From: Bacteroidetes bacterium GWF2_33_16
GTDB taxonomy: Bacteria > Bacteroidota > Bacteroidia > Bacteroidales > UBA12077
NCBI GenBank assembly: GCA_001768565.1
Contig: MEOE01000023.1
Span: 223,215-287,214 of the forward strand
Length of the DNA: 64,000 nucleotides
Direction of reading: 5' to 3'
Shown here: positions 38,573 through 47,486 of the stretch, in pieces
Position numbering within the stretch: position 1 is the first letter of the stretch
Layout: every line of letters starts with the position of its first letter
Program-made: the position numbers and the translations under genes
The notes under the pieces: model-generated
Seen by the model: only the letters and a program-made list of their open reading frames with translations
Told to the model about the DNA's origin: nothing
The model's database searches: none

Positions 38573-39260
38573 AACAATCGGAGTATTTATTTGTGGATTT
38601 TTTGTTTTACTTGCAGCACTCTCTTTTGGACAACAAAAGGGATTTGAACAAACCGGAATTGCAAGTTTCTACGCTAACAAATTTGAAGGACGAACTACAT
38701 CAAACGGAGAAATCTATTTTCACGATAAAAAAACAGCTGCACATCCTACCTTACCATTTGGAAGTATTGTAAAAGTTACAAACCTTGAGAATAATAAATT
38801 TGTAGTTGTTCGCATTAACGACCGAGGTCCTTTTATTGTGGGGCGTATTATTGACCTTTCACAATCTGCGGCCAAAGAACTGGGTTTTATTGAAAAAGGA
38901 GTTGTAAAAGTTAAAATTGTTGTAATTGCTTCTACCGAAGATATGCCTGATATAGTGCCAGATATTGCTGTAAAAACAAACGAACCCCGGTATTATAAAA
39001 TAGATGTTTCTGTTGCTATCCCAGCTGGCAAAGGAGTTCAGATTGGCAGTTTTAAAAACGATGAGAATGTATTCCGTTTAGCCGAACGCCTAAAATCAAA
39101 ATATAGCGAAGAGGTTTTTGTTGAAACAGCCGAAGTTAATGGGCAACGGGTTTACAGAGTTATTGTAGGTAATTCAGTAAACGAAATCCATCTTCAAAAA
39201 CTAAAATCGAAACTGGCAACCGAATACCTCGATTGTTTTATAGTTAAGTATAAAAAGTGA
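38550..39260 (+). CDS. rlpA: Septal ring lytic transglycosylase RlpA family protein (DPBB + SPOR domains)
   Basis: [19 protein letters not shown]...[15 protein letters not shown]...[10 protein letters not shown] is present. The C-terminal domain is SPOR-like ([12 protein letters not shown]...YRVIVG). Confidence 0.85.
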   Translation: MKMKKIYKTIGVFICGFFVLLAALSFGQQKGFEQTGIASFYANKFEGRTTSNGEIYFHDKKTAAHPTLPFGSIVKVTNLENNKFVVVRINDRGPFIVGRIIDLSQSAAKELGFIEKGVVKVKIVVIASTEDMPDIVPDIAVKTNEPRYYKIDVSVAIPAGKGVQIGSFKNDENVFRLAERLKSKYSEEVFVETAEVNGQRVYRVIVGNSVNEIHLQKLKSKLATEYLDCFIVKYKK

Positions 39261-39271
39261 AATTATCTGTA

Positions 39272-40123
39272 TTATCCGTTTGTACTAAATGCTCCTGAAA
39301 CATGCAGCTCTTTTGGATTCATACTCATAACCGGAATAGACGATTTATTAAGCATTTGCTGGGCATAACTACCAAGTATAAGATTCGAAACATCTACCGA
39401 TTGCTCTGTCATAATTGAGATTAATCCGGCATGGACTTTTTGAGCATATTCAATTGTAATATCAGTAAGGTTCGCTCCAACCAGCATTTCAGTAGTGTAA
39501 TTAATTCCTCTCTCTTTGAGATAATCACAAACCTGTGCTGAATAAGAATTCAGTTTTTTAACTATATCATCAGCTTTGTAAGTAGTTAAAGTAACAACAT
39601 GAACCTCTGCATTAAACCATTTTGCAATTTCGGCAGTAAATGGTAGCTTTTGGCGTGTATCTGAAGTAATATCAAGAGGCAACACTATTTTACTTATTAA
39701 TCGCGGTGGCTTATTTCCCTGTAATGTAATAACTGGTCTTATTGTGGCAGAAATAATTTTTAACGCATTACTTCCAATAAAGAATTGCTCAAAACCCGAT
39801 GCTCCATGAGTTGAAGTAACAATAAAAGAGTTTTCAAAAGATTCAGCCTGACTTACTACCTCTTTGTAAATCTTTCCCGACTTGATAATATAGTCTAACT
39901 TTATTTCTTTTGGAAGCAATGGTTGATACTCTTTAACAATTTCTTTAAATCGCTTTTCGGCATATTTCTTCTCTTCCTTTGATCCGGCATTGTAGTCGCC
40001 ACTTTTTTTCCGAACATATACCATTTGCATTTCACATTCAATTTTTTTGGCAAATAAAATCGCCAGCTCAAGACCTTTTAATGATTCTTCTGAAAAGTCG
40101 ATAGGAACAATAATATGATACAT
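39272..40123 (-). CDS. Universal stress protein (tandem UspA domains)
   Basis: Two Usp-like halves. MYHIIVPIDFSEES starts the first. GASGFEQFFIGSNA and the SVDVSNLILGSYAQQML glycine motifs are present. Confidence 0.8.
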   Translation of the reverse strand: MYHIIVPIDFSEESLKGLELAILFAKKIECEMQMVYVRKKSGDYNAGSKEEKKYAEKRFKEIVKEYQPLLPKEIKLDYIIKSGKIYKEVVSQAESFENSFIVTSTHGASGFEQFFIGSNALKIISATIRPVITLQGNKPPRLISKIVLPLDITSDTRQKLPFTAEIAKWFNAEVHVVTLTTYKADDIVKKLNSYSAQVCDYLKERGINYTTEMLVGANLTDITIEYAQKVHAGLISIMTEQSVDVSNLILGSYAQQMLNKSSIPVMSMNPKELHVSGAFSTNG

Positions 40124-40242
40124 ATTGGTAGTTTTTGAAATTTAATACCAATTAACAACAATTTTTCGAAAATTGGAAATTTTTTAACAACGACCTATCA
40201 TATCATTTATAAAAGGATCTCATACGATAATTAAGATGAGAC

Positions 40243-40851
40243 TTAATTATGTTTAAAAAAAGATCTTTCGAAGATTAAAATGTATGCAACGCCAATTGTT
40301 ATTGCAGAATCTGCAATATTAAAAACAGGTCTGAAAAAAACAAAAGTCTGTTTAGCGAAAAAAGGAAACCAATCAGGATACTGGCCTTTAACAACTGGAA
40401 AATAGAACATATCAACTACTCTTCCTTGCAACCAGGTTGAATACCCTCCATCTAAAGGTAAAAATGTGGCTGTTTGATAGAAACTTTCATCAAAAATTAC
40501 TCCATAAAAAACGCTATCGATAATATTACCCATTGCTCCAGCCATAATGAGAGCAATACTTAAGACCAACATATTGGGTGCTTTTTCTTTTATCAGATGT
40601 TTTAAATACCAACCTATACCGATAACGGCTACAATTCGAAAAAGAGTAAGAAAAATTTTACCACTTGTTCCCCAAAACTCTAATCCAAATGCCATTCCAT
40701 TATTCTCAGTAAAGTGTATTATAAACCAATCTCCCAAAACCCTAAATTCCTGACCCAGTGTCATATTGGTTTTAATCCATATTTTTAGTGTTTGGTCGAT
40801 TAATAAAACAATAAAAATAAGTAAGATGGAGTTTCTTGTAATCGATTTCAT
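40243..40851 (-). CDS. lspA: Lipoprotein signal peptidase (signal peptidase II)
   Basis: NNGMAFG and FNIADSAI catalytic-Asp blocks. Four TM helices. Confidence 0.9.
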   Translation of the reverse strand: MKSITRNSILLIFIVLLIDQTLKIWIKTNMTLGQEFRVLGDWFIIHFTENNGMAFGLEFWGTSGKIFLTLFRIVAVIGIGWYLKHLIKEKAPNMLVLSIALIMAGAMGNIIDSVFYGVIFDESFYQTATFLPLDGGYSTWLQGRVVDMFYFPVVKGQYPDWFPFFAKQTFVFFRPVFNIADSAITIGVAYILIFERSFFKHN

Positions 40852-40878
40852 ATTCTACTTTTTAGGTCACAAATCTAT

Positions 40879-40915
40879 TAAAAAAATGATTGAATCTTTT
40901 ACGATTCAATCATTT
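40879..40915 (-). terminator. Strong hairpin plus U-run between the dksA-like gene and lspA (terminator/attenuator)
   Basis: AAATGATTGAATC-TTTTAC-GATTCAATCATTT, a perfect 13-bp stem (40884-40915). On the minus strand it is followed by T7. Confidence 0.7.
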
Positions 40916-40943
40916 AATTTAGTATAATGCTATGTAAAAATAT

Positions 40944-41321
40944 CTACTTTTGATTTTGTTTTGCTTCAATACTTAGGGTTGCATGAGGAACAGCTCTAAG
41001 TCTTTCTTTAGAAATAAGCTTGCCTGTTTCGCGACAAATGCCATATGTTTTGTTTTCTATTCTAATAAGTGCAGCTTTTAAATGCTGTATAAACTTTAAC
41101 TGGCGTTGTGCTAATCGTCCGGCTTCTTCTTTTGATAAGGTTGCAGCTCCTTCTTCCAATACTTTAAAAGTAGGCGAAGTATCTTCGGTATCGTTGCTTT
41201 CGCTGTGAGTTATTGTCTTTCTTAAAAGATCATAATCCTGAAATGCTTTATCGAGTTTATGTATAATAAGCTCTTTAAACTCTAGCAGCTCATCATCTGA
41301 ATATCTTGTCTTTTCTGCCAT
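40944..41321 (-). CDS. DksA/TraR family protein (Cys-poor, zinc-finger-degenerate variant)
   Basis: Coiled-coil N-terminal part with an acidic tip (NDTEDTS). The C-terminal YGICRETGKLISKERLRAVPHATLSIEAK matches the DksA C-terminus. The whole protein contains only one Cys. Confidence 0.8.
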   Translation of the reverse strand: MAEKTRYSDDELLEFKELIIHKLDKAFQDYDLLRKTITHSESNDTEDTSPTFKVLEEGAATLSKEEAGRLAQRQLKFIQHLKAALIRIENKTYGICRETGKLISKERLRAVPHATLSIEAKQNQK

Positions 41322-41385
41322 ATCTCTTCTTTTTTATAATTGAGTTAAAGATAACAAATTTTTTAATTTAAAAAAGCAAATACAA

Positions 41386-44300
41386 TTATAACTTCGTTAT
41401 TTTGATATTGGTTTTTATATCCTCATCAATTTCAATGTAATGCACTGTATTTTGCTCGAACTTATCGACTAAATCTATTGATTTTGCGAGTGTTTGTGTT
41501 CCAATATATTCTTTATGTTTTTCAATTGCAGTATTTATTAAGTCGTGCCTTTGTATTTGTATTTCAATTTTATCGGTAACATCAAAATTACTGTCTTTTC
41601 GTATATTCTGAATACGGTTAATGAATTCACGTGCAATACCTTCGTATTTAAGATCTTCTGATATGTTAATATCAAGAGCAACTGTAAGTTTGCCATCGTT
41701 AGCCACAAGCCATCCTGGAATATCTTCCGATGTTATTTCAACATCTTCCAATGATAGATTAATCTTCTCTGATCCAGCAACTATTCCGAAGGCACCACTG
41801 CGTTCTAAAGCAACAATGTCTTCCTGAGTCATTTTCGTAACCGCTTGTGAAACCTCTTTCATCAGCTTTCCATATTTAGGCCCAAGTGTTTTAAAATTAG
41901 GTTTAATCTTTTTAACCAGAATACCTGTTGTGTCGGTTATATATTCAACTTCTTTAACATTAACCTCTGCTAACACCAGATTACGAACCATTTCGAAATT
42001 CTCTTGTAATGATTTATCCAAAACAGGGATAATTAATTTGCTCAAAGGTTGACGAACTTTGATATTTACTTTTCGTCGCAATGCCAAAATCATTGAAGAA
42101 ACACGTTGAGCAATATCCATTCTTTCCTCAAGCACTTTATCAATATACTGCTCGTTGTATGTTGGAAAGGTGGAAATATGTACTGATTCTGTTTTATCTT
42201 TTCCTGTTACACTATTTAAATCAATAAAAATTCGGTCGGCAAAAAATGGAGCAATTGGAGCCATTAATCTTGCAACTGTTTCTAAACAAGTATATAAGGT
42301 TTGATAGGCAGCAATTTTATCTTTCGAGTATTCGCCTCCCCAATATCGTTTTCGGTTTAACCGAACATACCAGTTACTCAAATTCTCAGTAACAAAATCC
42401 TGAATTGCTCTTCCGGCTCGAGTAGGTTCATAGTTTTCATAATCATTCTGAACTTCCTTAACTAAAGTATTTAGCAAAGAGATAATCCATTGGTCAATTT
42501 CTGGTCGCTCATTAACAGGTATTTCTTCTTCGCTATATTTAAAGCCATCTACATTGGCATATAGAGTAAAAAACGAATACGTATTATAAAGTGTACCAAA
42601 GAATTTACGTTTTACTTCATCCAAACCACTATGGTCAAACTTTAAATTATCCCATGGTTGAGAATTAGTAATCATATACCAGCGTAATGGATCGGATCCA
42701 TGTTTTTCTATCGTTTCGAATGGATCAACAGCATTTCCAAGTCTTTTCGACATTTTATTGCCATTCTTATCAAGTACCAAACCATTCGAGATAATATTTT
42801 TAAATGCAACAGAATCAAATAGCATTGTAGCTATTGCGTGCAGCGTAAAGAACCAACCTCGCGTCTGGTCAACACCTTCAGCTATAAAATCCGCAGGGTA
42901 AACTTCGTTGAAGGTATCTTTGTTTTCGAATGGATAATGAATTTGAGCATAAGGCATCGCACCTGAATCGAACCATACATCGATAAGATCAAGCTCGCGA
43001 ACCATTTTCTTTCCATCAGCTGAAACCAGAATTATACCATCAACATATGGTCTGTGAAGATCAATTTTATTGTAGTTTTCTTTCGAATTGTTTCCAAGCT
43101 CGAAACCAGCATACGGATTCTCTTTCATAAATCCAGCTTTAACCGATTTCTCTATTTCGTAATATAATTCTTCAACTGAGCCAATGCATTTTAATTCACT
43201 GCGATCTTCTGTAACCCAAATCGGCAGTGGTGTTCCCCAATAACGCGAGCGTGAAAGATTCCAATCCTGAAGATTTTCGAGCCATTTTCCAAAACGTCCT
43301 GTTCCGGTTGATTCTGGTTTCCAGTTGATGGTTTTATTAAGCTCAATCATCCGATCTTTTAGAGCAGTCGTTTTTATAAACCACGAATCGAGTGGATAAT
43401 ATAATATTGGCTTATCCGTTCTCCAGCAATGAGGATAATTGTGAACATGTTTTTCAATCTTGAATGCTTTATTTTCTTTTTTAAGCATTACAGAAATATC
43501 TACATCAATTGTAGCATCATTTTCTGTTAATGAAGGATCGTACTCATTTTTTACAAATCGTCCGGCAAAAAGGCTGTAAGTTTCCTTATTTACATTTTTA
43601 GCAACAAATTCGGGATCCAGATCTTCGATAAGATACATTCGTCCTCTCTTTTCAACAAGAGGATGCATTATTCCTTCTTTGTCATAAACAACCAATGGTG
43701 GAATATTGCTTTGTTTTGCCACACGGTCGTCGTCGGCACCAAAAGTTGGTGCAATATGAACAACTCCAGTACCATCTTCGGTAGTAACAAAATCGCCGCT
43801 TATAACTCTGAAAGCTTCGCGCTCTGGCTTAACCCAGTCAATTAATTGTTCATAAACAATATCTTTAAGATCTTTCCCGCTAAATTCATCAAGTACTTTA
43901 AATGGAATTTTTTTATCACCTTCTTTATACTCATCAAGACCAAGCTCTTCTGATTTCTTATCAAAATAAGAATACAACAAATCTTTTGCAAGAATAACAG
44001 TAATTGGTATTCCGGTATATTGATTAAATGATCTTACTTTAACATATTTAATGTTTTCGCCAACAGCAAGAGCAGTATTCGATGGCAGTGTCCAGGGAGT
44101 TGTTGTCCAGGCTAATATGAATATATCTGTATCGGCCTCTTTAAAAAGAAACTCTGATTTTTGGTTTCGGATTACCTTAAACTGAGCAACACAGGTTGTA
44201 TCTTTAACATCTTTGTAACAACCCGGCTGATTAAGCTCATGTGTGCTTAATCCTGTTCCTGCAGCAGGTGAATAGGGTTGTATAGTGTATCCTTTGTATA

Positions 44301-44820
44301 ACAATCCTTTTTCGTAAAGTTGTTTCAGAAGAAACCACAAAGTTTCAATATAGCGATTATCGTATGTAATATACGGATCGTCCATATTAACCCAATAGCC
44401 CATTTTGTGAGTAAGATCTTCCCACAAATCGGTATATTTCATTACCTCTTTACGACAGGCATTATTGTAATCATCGATAGATATTTTTTTACCAATATCT
44501 TCTTTTGTAATTCCAAGTGTTTTTTCTACACTAAGTTCAATAGGTAAACCATGAGTATCCCAACCAGCCTTTCTGTGAACCAAGAAACCCTGCATTGTTT
44601 TATAACGGCAAAAAATATCTTTTATAGCGCGTGCCATAACGTGATGAATACCAGGAATGCCATTTGCCGAAGGGGGTCCTTCGTAAAACACAAAGGTTGG
44701 ATTTCCTTTTCGGGTACTTATGCTTTTATGAAATGTATCATTCTTCTCCCAACGCGCAAGGATATCTTTATTTATCTGTGATAAATCAAACTGTTTATAT
44801 TCCGGAAACTTTGAACTCAT
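41386..44820 (-). CDS. ileS: Isoleucine--tRNA ligase (long, type 2-like form)
   Basis: PPSANGIPGIHHVMAR (HIGH region), KMSKRLGN (KMSKS) and editing-domain blocks (WTTTPWTLPSN) are present. Length is 1144 aa. Confidence 0.97.
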   Translation of the reverse strand: MSSKFPEYKQFDLSQINKDILARWEKNDTFHKSISTRKGNPTFVFYEGPPSANGIPGIHHVMARAIKDIFCRYKTMQGFLVHRKAGWDTHGLPIELSVEKTLGITKEDIGKKISIDDYNNACRKEVMKYTDLWEDLTHKMGYWVNMDDPYITYDNRYIETLWFLLKQLYEKGLLYKGYTIQPYSPAAGTGLSTHELNQPGCYKDVKDTTCVAQFKVIRNQKSEFLFKEADTDIFILAWTTTPWTLPSNTALAVGENIKYVKVRSFNQYTGIPITVILAKDLLYSYFDKKSEELGLDEYKEGDKKIPFKVLDEFSGKDLKDIVYEQLIDWVKPEREAFRVISGDFVTTEDGTGVVHIAPTFGADDDRVAKQSNIPPLVVYDKEGIMHPLVEKRGRMYLIEDLDPEFVAKNVNKETYSLFAGRFVKNEYDPSLTENDATIDVDISVMLKKENKAFKIEKHVHNYPHCWRTDKPILYYPLDSWFIKTTALKDRMIELNKTINWKPESTGTGRFGKWLENLQDWNLSRSRYWGTPLPIWVTEDRSELKCIGSVEELYYEIEKSVKAGFMKENPYAGFELGNNSKENYNKIDLHRPYVDGIILVSADGKKMVRELDLIDVWFDSGAMPYAQIHYPFENKDTFNEVYPADFIAEGVDQTRGWFFTLHAIATMLFDSVAFKNIISNGLVLDKNGNKMSKRLGNAVDPFETIEKHGSDPLRWYMITNSQPWDNLKFDHSGLDEVKRKFFGTLYNTYSFFTLYANVDGFKYSEEEIPVNERPEIDQWIISLLNTLVKEVQNDYENYEPTRAGRAIQDFVTENLSNWYVRLNRKRYWGGEYSKDKIAAYQTLYTCLETVARLMAPIAPFFADRIFIDLNSVTGKDKTESVHISTFPTYNEQYIDKVLEERMDIAQRVSSMILALRRKVNIKVRQPLSKLIIPVLDKSLQENFEMVRNLVLAEVNVKEVEYITDTTGILVKKIKPNFKTLGPKYGKLMKEVSQAVTKMTQEDIVALERSGAFGIVAGSEKINLSLEDVEITSEDIPGWLVANDGKLTVALDINISEDLKYEGIAREFINRIQNIRKDSNFDVTDKIEIQIQRHDLINTAIEKHKEYIGTQTLAKSIDLVDKFEQNTVHYIEIDEDIKTNIKITKL

Positions 44821-44862
44821 TATTTTAACTTATTTTTATGAACTACAATTATTTAAAACGTA

Positions 44863-44893
44863 CAAAGATAGATTTCTGATTAAAAAAAAACAA
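44863..44893 (-). promoter_or_regulatory. Putative Bacteroidota-type promoter of ileS
   Basis: Read on the minus strand: TTG (44893-44891), a 20-nt spacer, then TATCTTTG (44870-44863). This is an exact TAnnTTTG. It lies ~43 nt upstream of the ATG. Confidence 0.45.
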
Positions 44894-44905
44894 TCAATTT
44901 CTTAA

Positions 44906-45000
44906 ATAATGGACTAAAGTTCATTATAAGCCTGACTTTTATAACTTCAGCCTTAAAGCTGGGGTTATAAAATAGATCATTTACCGGGCTTTAGCCCATT
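44906..45000. repeat. Intergenic triple-hairpin repeat, copy B (related to 7884-7980)
   Basis: HP1 is AATGGACT-AA-AGTTCATT (44908-44925). HP2 is ATAACTTCAGC-CTTAAA-GCTGGGGTTAT (44941-44968). HP3 is GGGC-TTTA-GCCC (44986-44997). The copy lies between the ribE terminator and the ileS promoter. Confidence 0.7.
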
Positions 45001-45023
45001 AATTTTATCAAAAAATATTAACC

Positions 45024-45050
45024 AAAAAAGCCCCATTTTTTATGAGGCTT
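45024..45050 (-). terminator. Rho-independent terminator downstream of ribE
   Basis: Read on the minus strand: GCCTCAT-AAAAA-ATGGGGC (one G-U pair), followed by T6. Confidence 0.7.
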
Positions 45051-45071
45051 TTACAAATTTTTAGAAATATG

Positions 45072-45677
45072 TTACTTGCCCAATTGTTGCCTCACAATTT
45101 TTGCCACATATTTACCAATAATATCGAATTCGAGATTTACCACCGTTCCTACCTTAAACTGATGAAAATTTGTAATATCATAAGTAAATGGAATTATAGC
45201 GACCTGAAATGATTTATCTTTTGAATTTACAACCGTAAGACTTACTCCGTTAACAGAAATTGATCCCTTCTCGACAGTAATATAATCTTCTTTCGATGGA
45301 TTATACTCAAATGTAAAGTACCAGCTTCCGTCGGCCTCTTTAACTTCGGTACAAACAGCAGTTTGATCAACATGTCCTTGAACCATGTGCCCATCGAGCA
45401 AACTATCAATACGCATGCTACGTTCCAGATTAACTTTATCGCCAAGTTGGAGCAAACCCAGATTTGATTTTTCAAGTGTTTCCTGAATAGCTGTTACTGT
45501 AAAATGTTTCTTTGATTTATCAACTTTTACAACTGTTAAGCAAACACCATTGTGACAAACACTCTGATCAATTTTTAACTGATCAGCAAATGAGCACTCC
45601 ATTGTAATATGCAAGTTGCCTTTATCTCTTTCAAGATTTACAACCTTTGCAGCTTCTTCTACTATACCTGAAAACAT
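45072..45677 (-). CDS. ribE: Riboflavin synthase (alpha subunit)
   Basis: MFSGIVEE N-terminus. Lumazine-binding repeats are duplicated (NGVCLTV / NGVSLTV). Confidence 0.92.
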   Translation of the reverse strand: MFSGIVEEAAKVVNLERDKGNLHITMECSFADQLKIDQSVCHNGVCLTVVKVDKSKKHFTVTAIQETLEKSNLGLLQLGDKVNLERSMRIDSLLDGHMVQGHVDQTAVCTEVKEADGSWYFTFEYNPSKEDYITVEKGSISVNGVSLTVVNSKDKSFQVAIIPFTYDITNFHQFKVGTVVNLEFDIIGKYVAKIVRQQLGK

Positions 45678-45738
45678 AATCTTTTGTTTTTTTGATTCTG
45701 CGAATTTAGGAAGATTTACACTATTTACAAAGTTAAAT

Positions 45739-46854
45739 TTAAATCGTATTTAACCATTGCTTAAGAAAAACATCATAAACTGAATATTGTTTAGTGCCAT
45801 TTAAAAATAGGGTCATATATATTAATTCTTTATCTTGAAGCGCTTTAAGAGACCTTAACACTGTAGCTGGGCTTCCTAATGAATGCTTACTAATAAATTC
45901 CTTTGATGTTGGTGAACTTACATTTCCTTCTTTTGCTATTGCTTTTAATAAATTCCATTGATGCTTGGTTAATAAATCTCGATACCCAAGAAAGATTATT
46001 TGTTGTTCTTTCAATAATTCAAAAGCTTGATTTTTCCATGTTTGTTCATCAACTATCTTATTAGATGAAGAATATACTTTATTGCAAAGTAACTGAACAT
46101 AATAAGTATAATCTTCGGTCCAATCCAAAATTTGATTAATAACCTCATCAGAAATTTGTTTTTTGCCATTAGTAAATTTTAAAGCAATAAATTTTCTGTA
46201 ATCTGATCTATCAATTTTTTCAATTGAAATAAGTTGTGTACTTCTATAAAATGGCTTTGATGGATTAGCAAATAAATTCTTCATTAAATGTTGATGACTT
46301 CCGGTAAATATAAAAACAACATTATCTAGTTGTTGCATAATTGTTCTTAAAAAAGCATGTGTATTTTTTTCAGGATAATTAGTAATTTGTTGAAACTCAT
46401 CAATAATTATAACAACTTTTCTATTAAGATTTTGTAAAAAAGAAAATAGTGAATGAATATTCTCTTTGGTTTTATCTTGTTGGTTTTTTAATTCAACCTG
46501 AGGTAATCCGCTTAGTGGATCAAAGCTTAATGTTGGACGTAAGGATTGAATAAATTTCATAACTGCTTTCCCAAATTTATGACTAGCTGGCATTTCTCTA
46601 ATTATAGCTGTTGCAAGCTTTTCAGTAAAATCGTTTAGGTTTTCTGTAGGGAAAATATCTAAATAAACCGTAATTATTTCATTCGGTAATTTAGAAATTA
46701 CATGTTTTACCAAGCCGGTTTTCCCAATACGCCGTAAGGCTATTATGCTTGTTGACAAATTGTTATCTATATTTTCCAATAATAATTTGGTTTCTTTCTC
46801 GCGGTTACAGAAATACTCAACACCTGCATAACCAGAAGTAATAAATGGGTTCAT
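45739..46854 (-). CDS. AAA-type ATP-binding protein (Arch_ATPase/ATPase_2-like with C-terminal wHTH, DUF234-like)
   Basis: Walker A-like LRRIGKTGL and Walker B VVIIIDEFQ. The C-terminal part has a winged-helix-like segment (ATVLRSLKALQDKELI). Confidence 0.8.
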   Translation of the reverse strand: MNPFITSGYAGVEYFCNREKETKLLLENIDNNLSTSIIALRRIGKTGLVKHVISKLPNEIITVYLDIFPTENLNDFTEKLATAIIREMPASHKFGKAVMKFIQSLRPTLSFDPLSGLPQVELKNQQDKTKENIHSLFSFLQNLNRKVVIIIDEFQQITNYPEKNTHAFLRTIMQQLDNVVFIFTGSHQHLMKNLFANPSKPFYRSTQLISIEKIDRSDYRKFIALKFTNGKKQISDEVINQILDWTEDYTYYVQLLCNKVYSSSNKIVDEQTWKNQAFELLKEQQIIFLGYRDLLTKHQWNLLKAIAKEGNVSSPTSKEFISKHSLGSPATVLRSLKALQDKELIYMTLFLNGTKQYSVYDVFLKQWLNTI

Positions 46855-46874
46855 AATAATATACGATTAAGATA

Positions 46875-46916
46875 TAATTTACAAATCGCAATTTACAAAT
46901 TGTAAATTACAAAGTG
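46875..46916. repeat. Three tandem 14-bp repeats (TAATTTACAAATCG / CAATTTACAAATTG / TAAATTACAAAGTG) containing a 9-1-9 palindrome
   Basis: The period is exactly 14 nt. AATTTACAA-A-TTGTAAATT at 46890-46908 is a perfect inverted repeat. The array lies 21-62 nt upstream of the ATPase start codon, in a divergent promoter region. Confidence 0.75.
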
Positions 46917-47033
46917 TAATAATATTGTTGTTTTTTTATAATAAATATTAAATCACTAAATAATAATTTTCAATTATTATTTTATGCTTAGCTTTGTTAA
47001 ACAAAACATAGACAAAACTGTTTACTATTTAAT

Positions 47034-47486
47034 ATGACCCAAGTTGACAAAAGAATAGTCGAATTTATTAAGAAACATCACGTTTTAACGCTAGCCACCA
47101 CCTATCAGAACACACCTTATTGCGCCAACTGTTTTTATGTGTATAGCGAAGAGGATAATATACTGATTTTTACATCCGATTACGAAACGAAACATGTTAA
47201 AGACTTACAAAAACAAGATATTGTTGCTGGCTCAATCGTTTTAGAAACAACTGTTATTGGTAAAATTCAGGGGGTTCAATTTCAAGGAAAAATTTTTGAA
47301 CCAAAAGATAATCTACTTGATAAAGTAAAAAAGAAATATTTAACTCGCTTTCCGATAGCTATGCTAATGAAAACAACTCTTTGGGTAGTAGATCTAAGCT
47401 TTTTAAAATTTACTGATAACCGCCTTGGATTTGGGAAAAAACTAATTTGGGGTACTATAGAATCAGAGAAACATCATGAACAATAA
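47034..47486 (+). CDS. Pyridoxamine 5'-phosphate oxidase-like (YhbP/UPF0306-type) FMN-binding split-barrel protein
   Basis: The pattern ...HHVLTLATTYQNTPYCANCFYVY... and the size of ~150 aa match. The call rests on overall resemblance only. Confidence 0.7.
   Translation: MTQVDKRIVEFIKKHHVLTLATTYQNTPYCANCFYVYSEEDNILIFTSDYETKHVKDLQKQDIVAGSIVLETTVIGKIQGVQFQGKIFEPKDNLLDKVKKKYLTRFPIAMLMKTTLWVVDLSFLKFTDNRLGFGKKLIWGTIESEKHHEQ

Noticed and set aside
45678-45738. A possible FMN riboswitch upstream of ribE, and T-box or leader elements upstream of ileS.
   Set aside because: - The ribE upstream spacer is only 61 nt and lacks the conserved FMN-element core.
- The ileS leader is ~40 nt after the predicted promoter.
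- No TPP element lies upstream of the MTH1187-family gene either.
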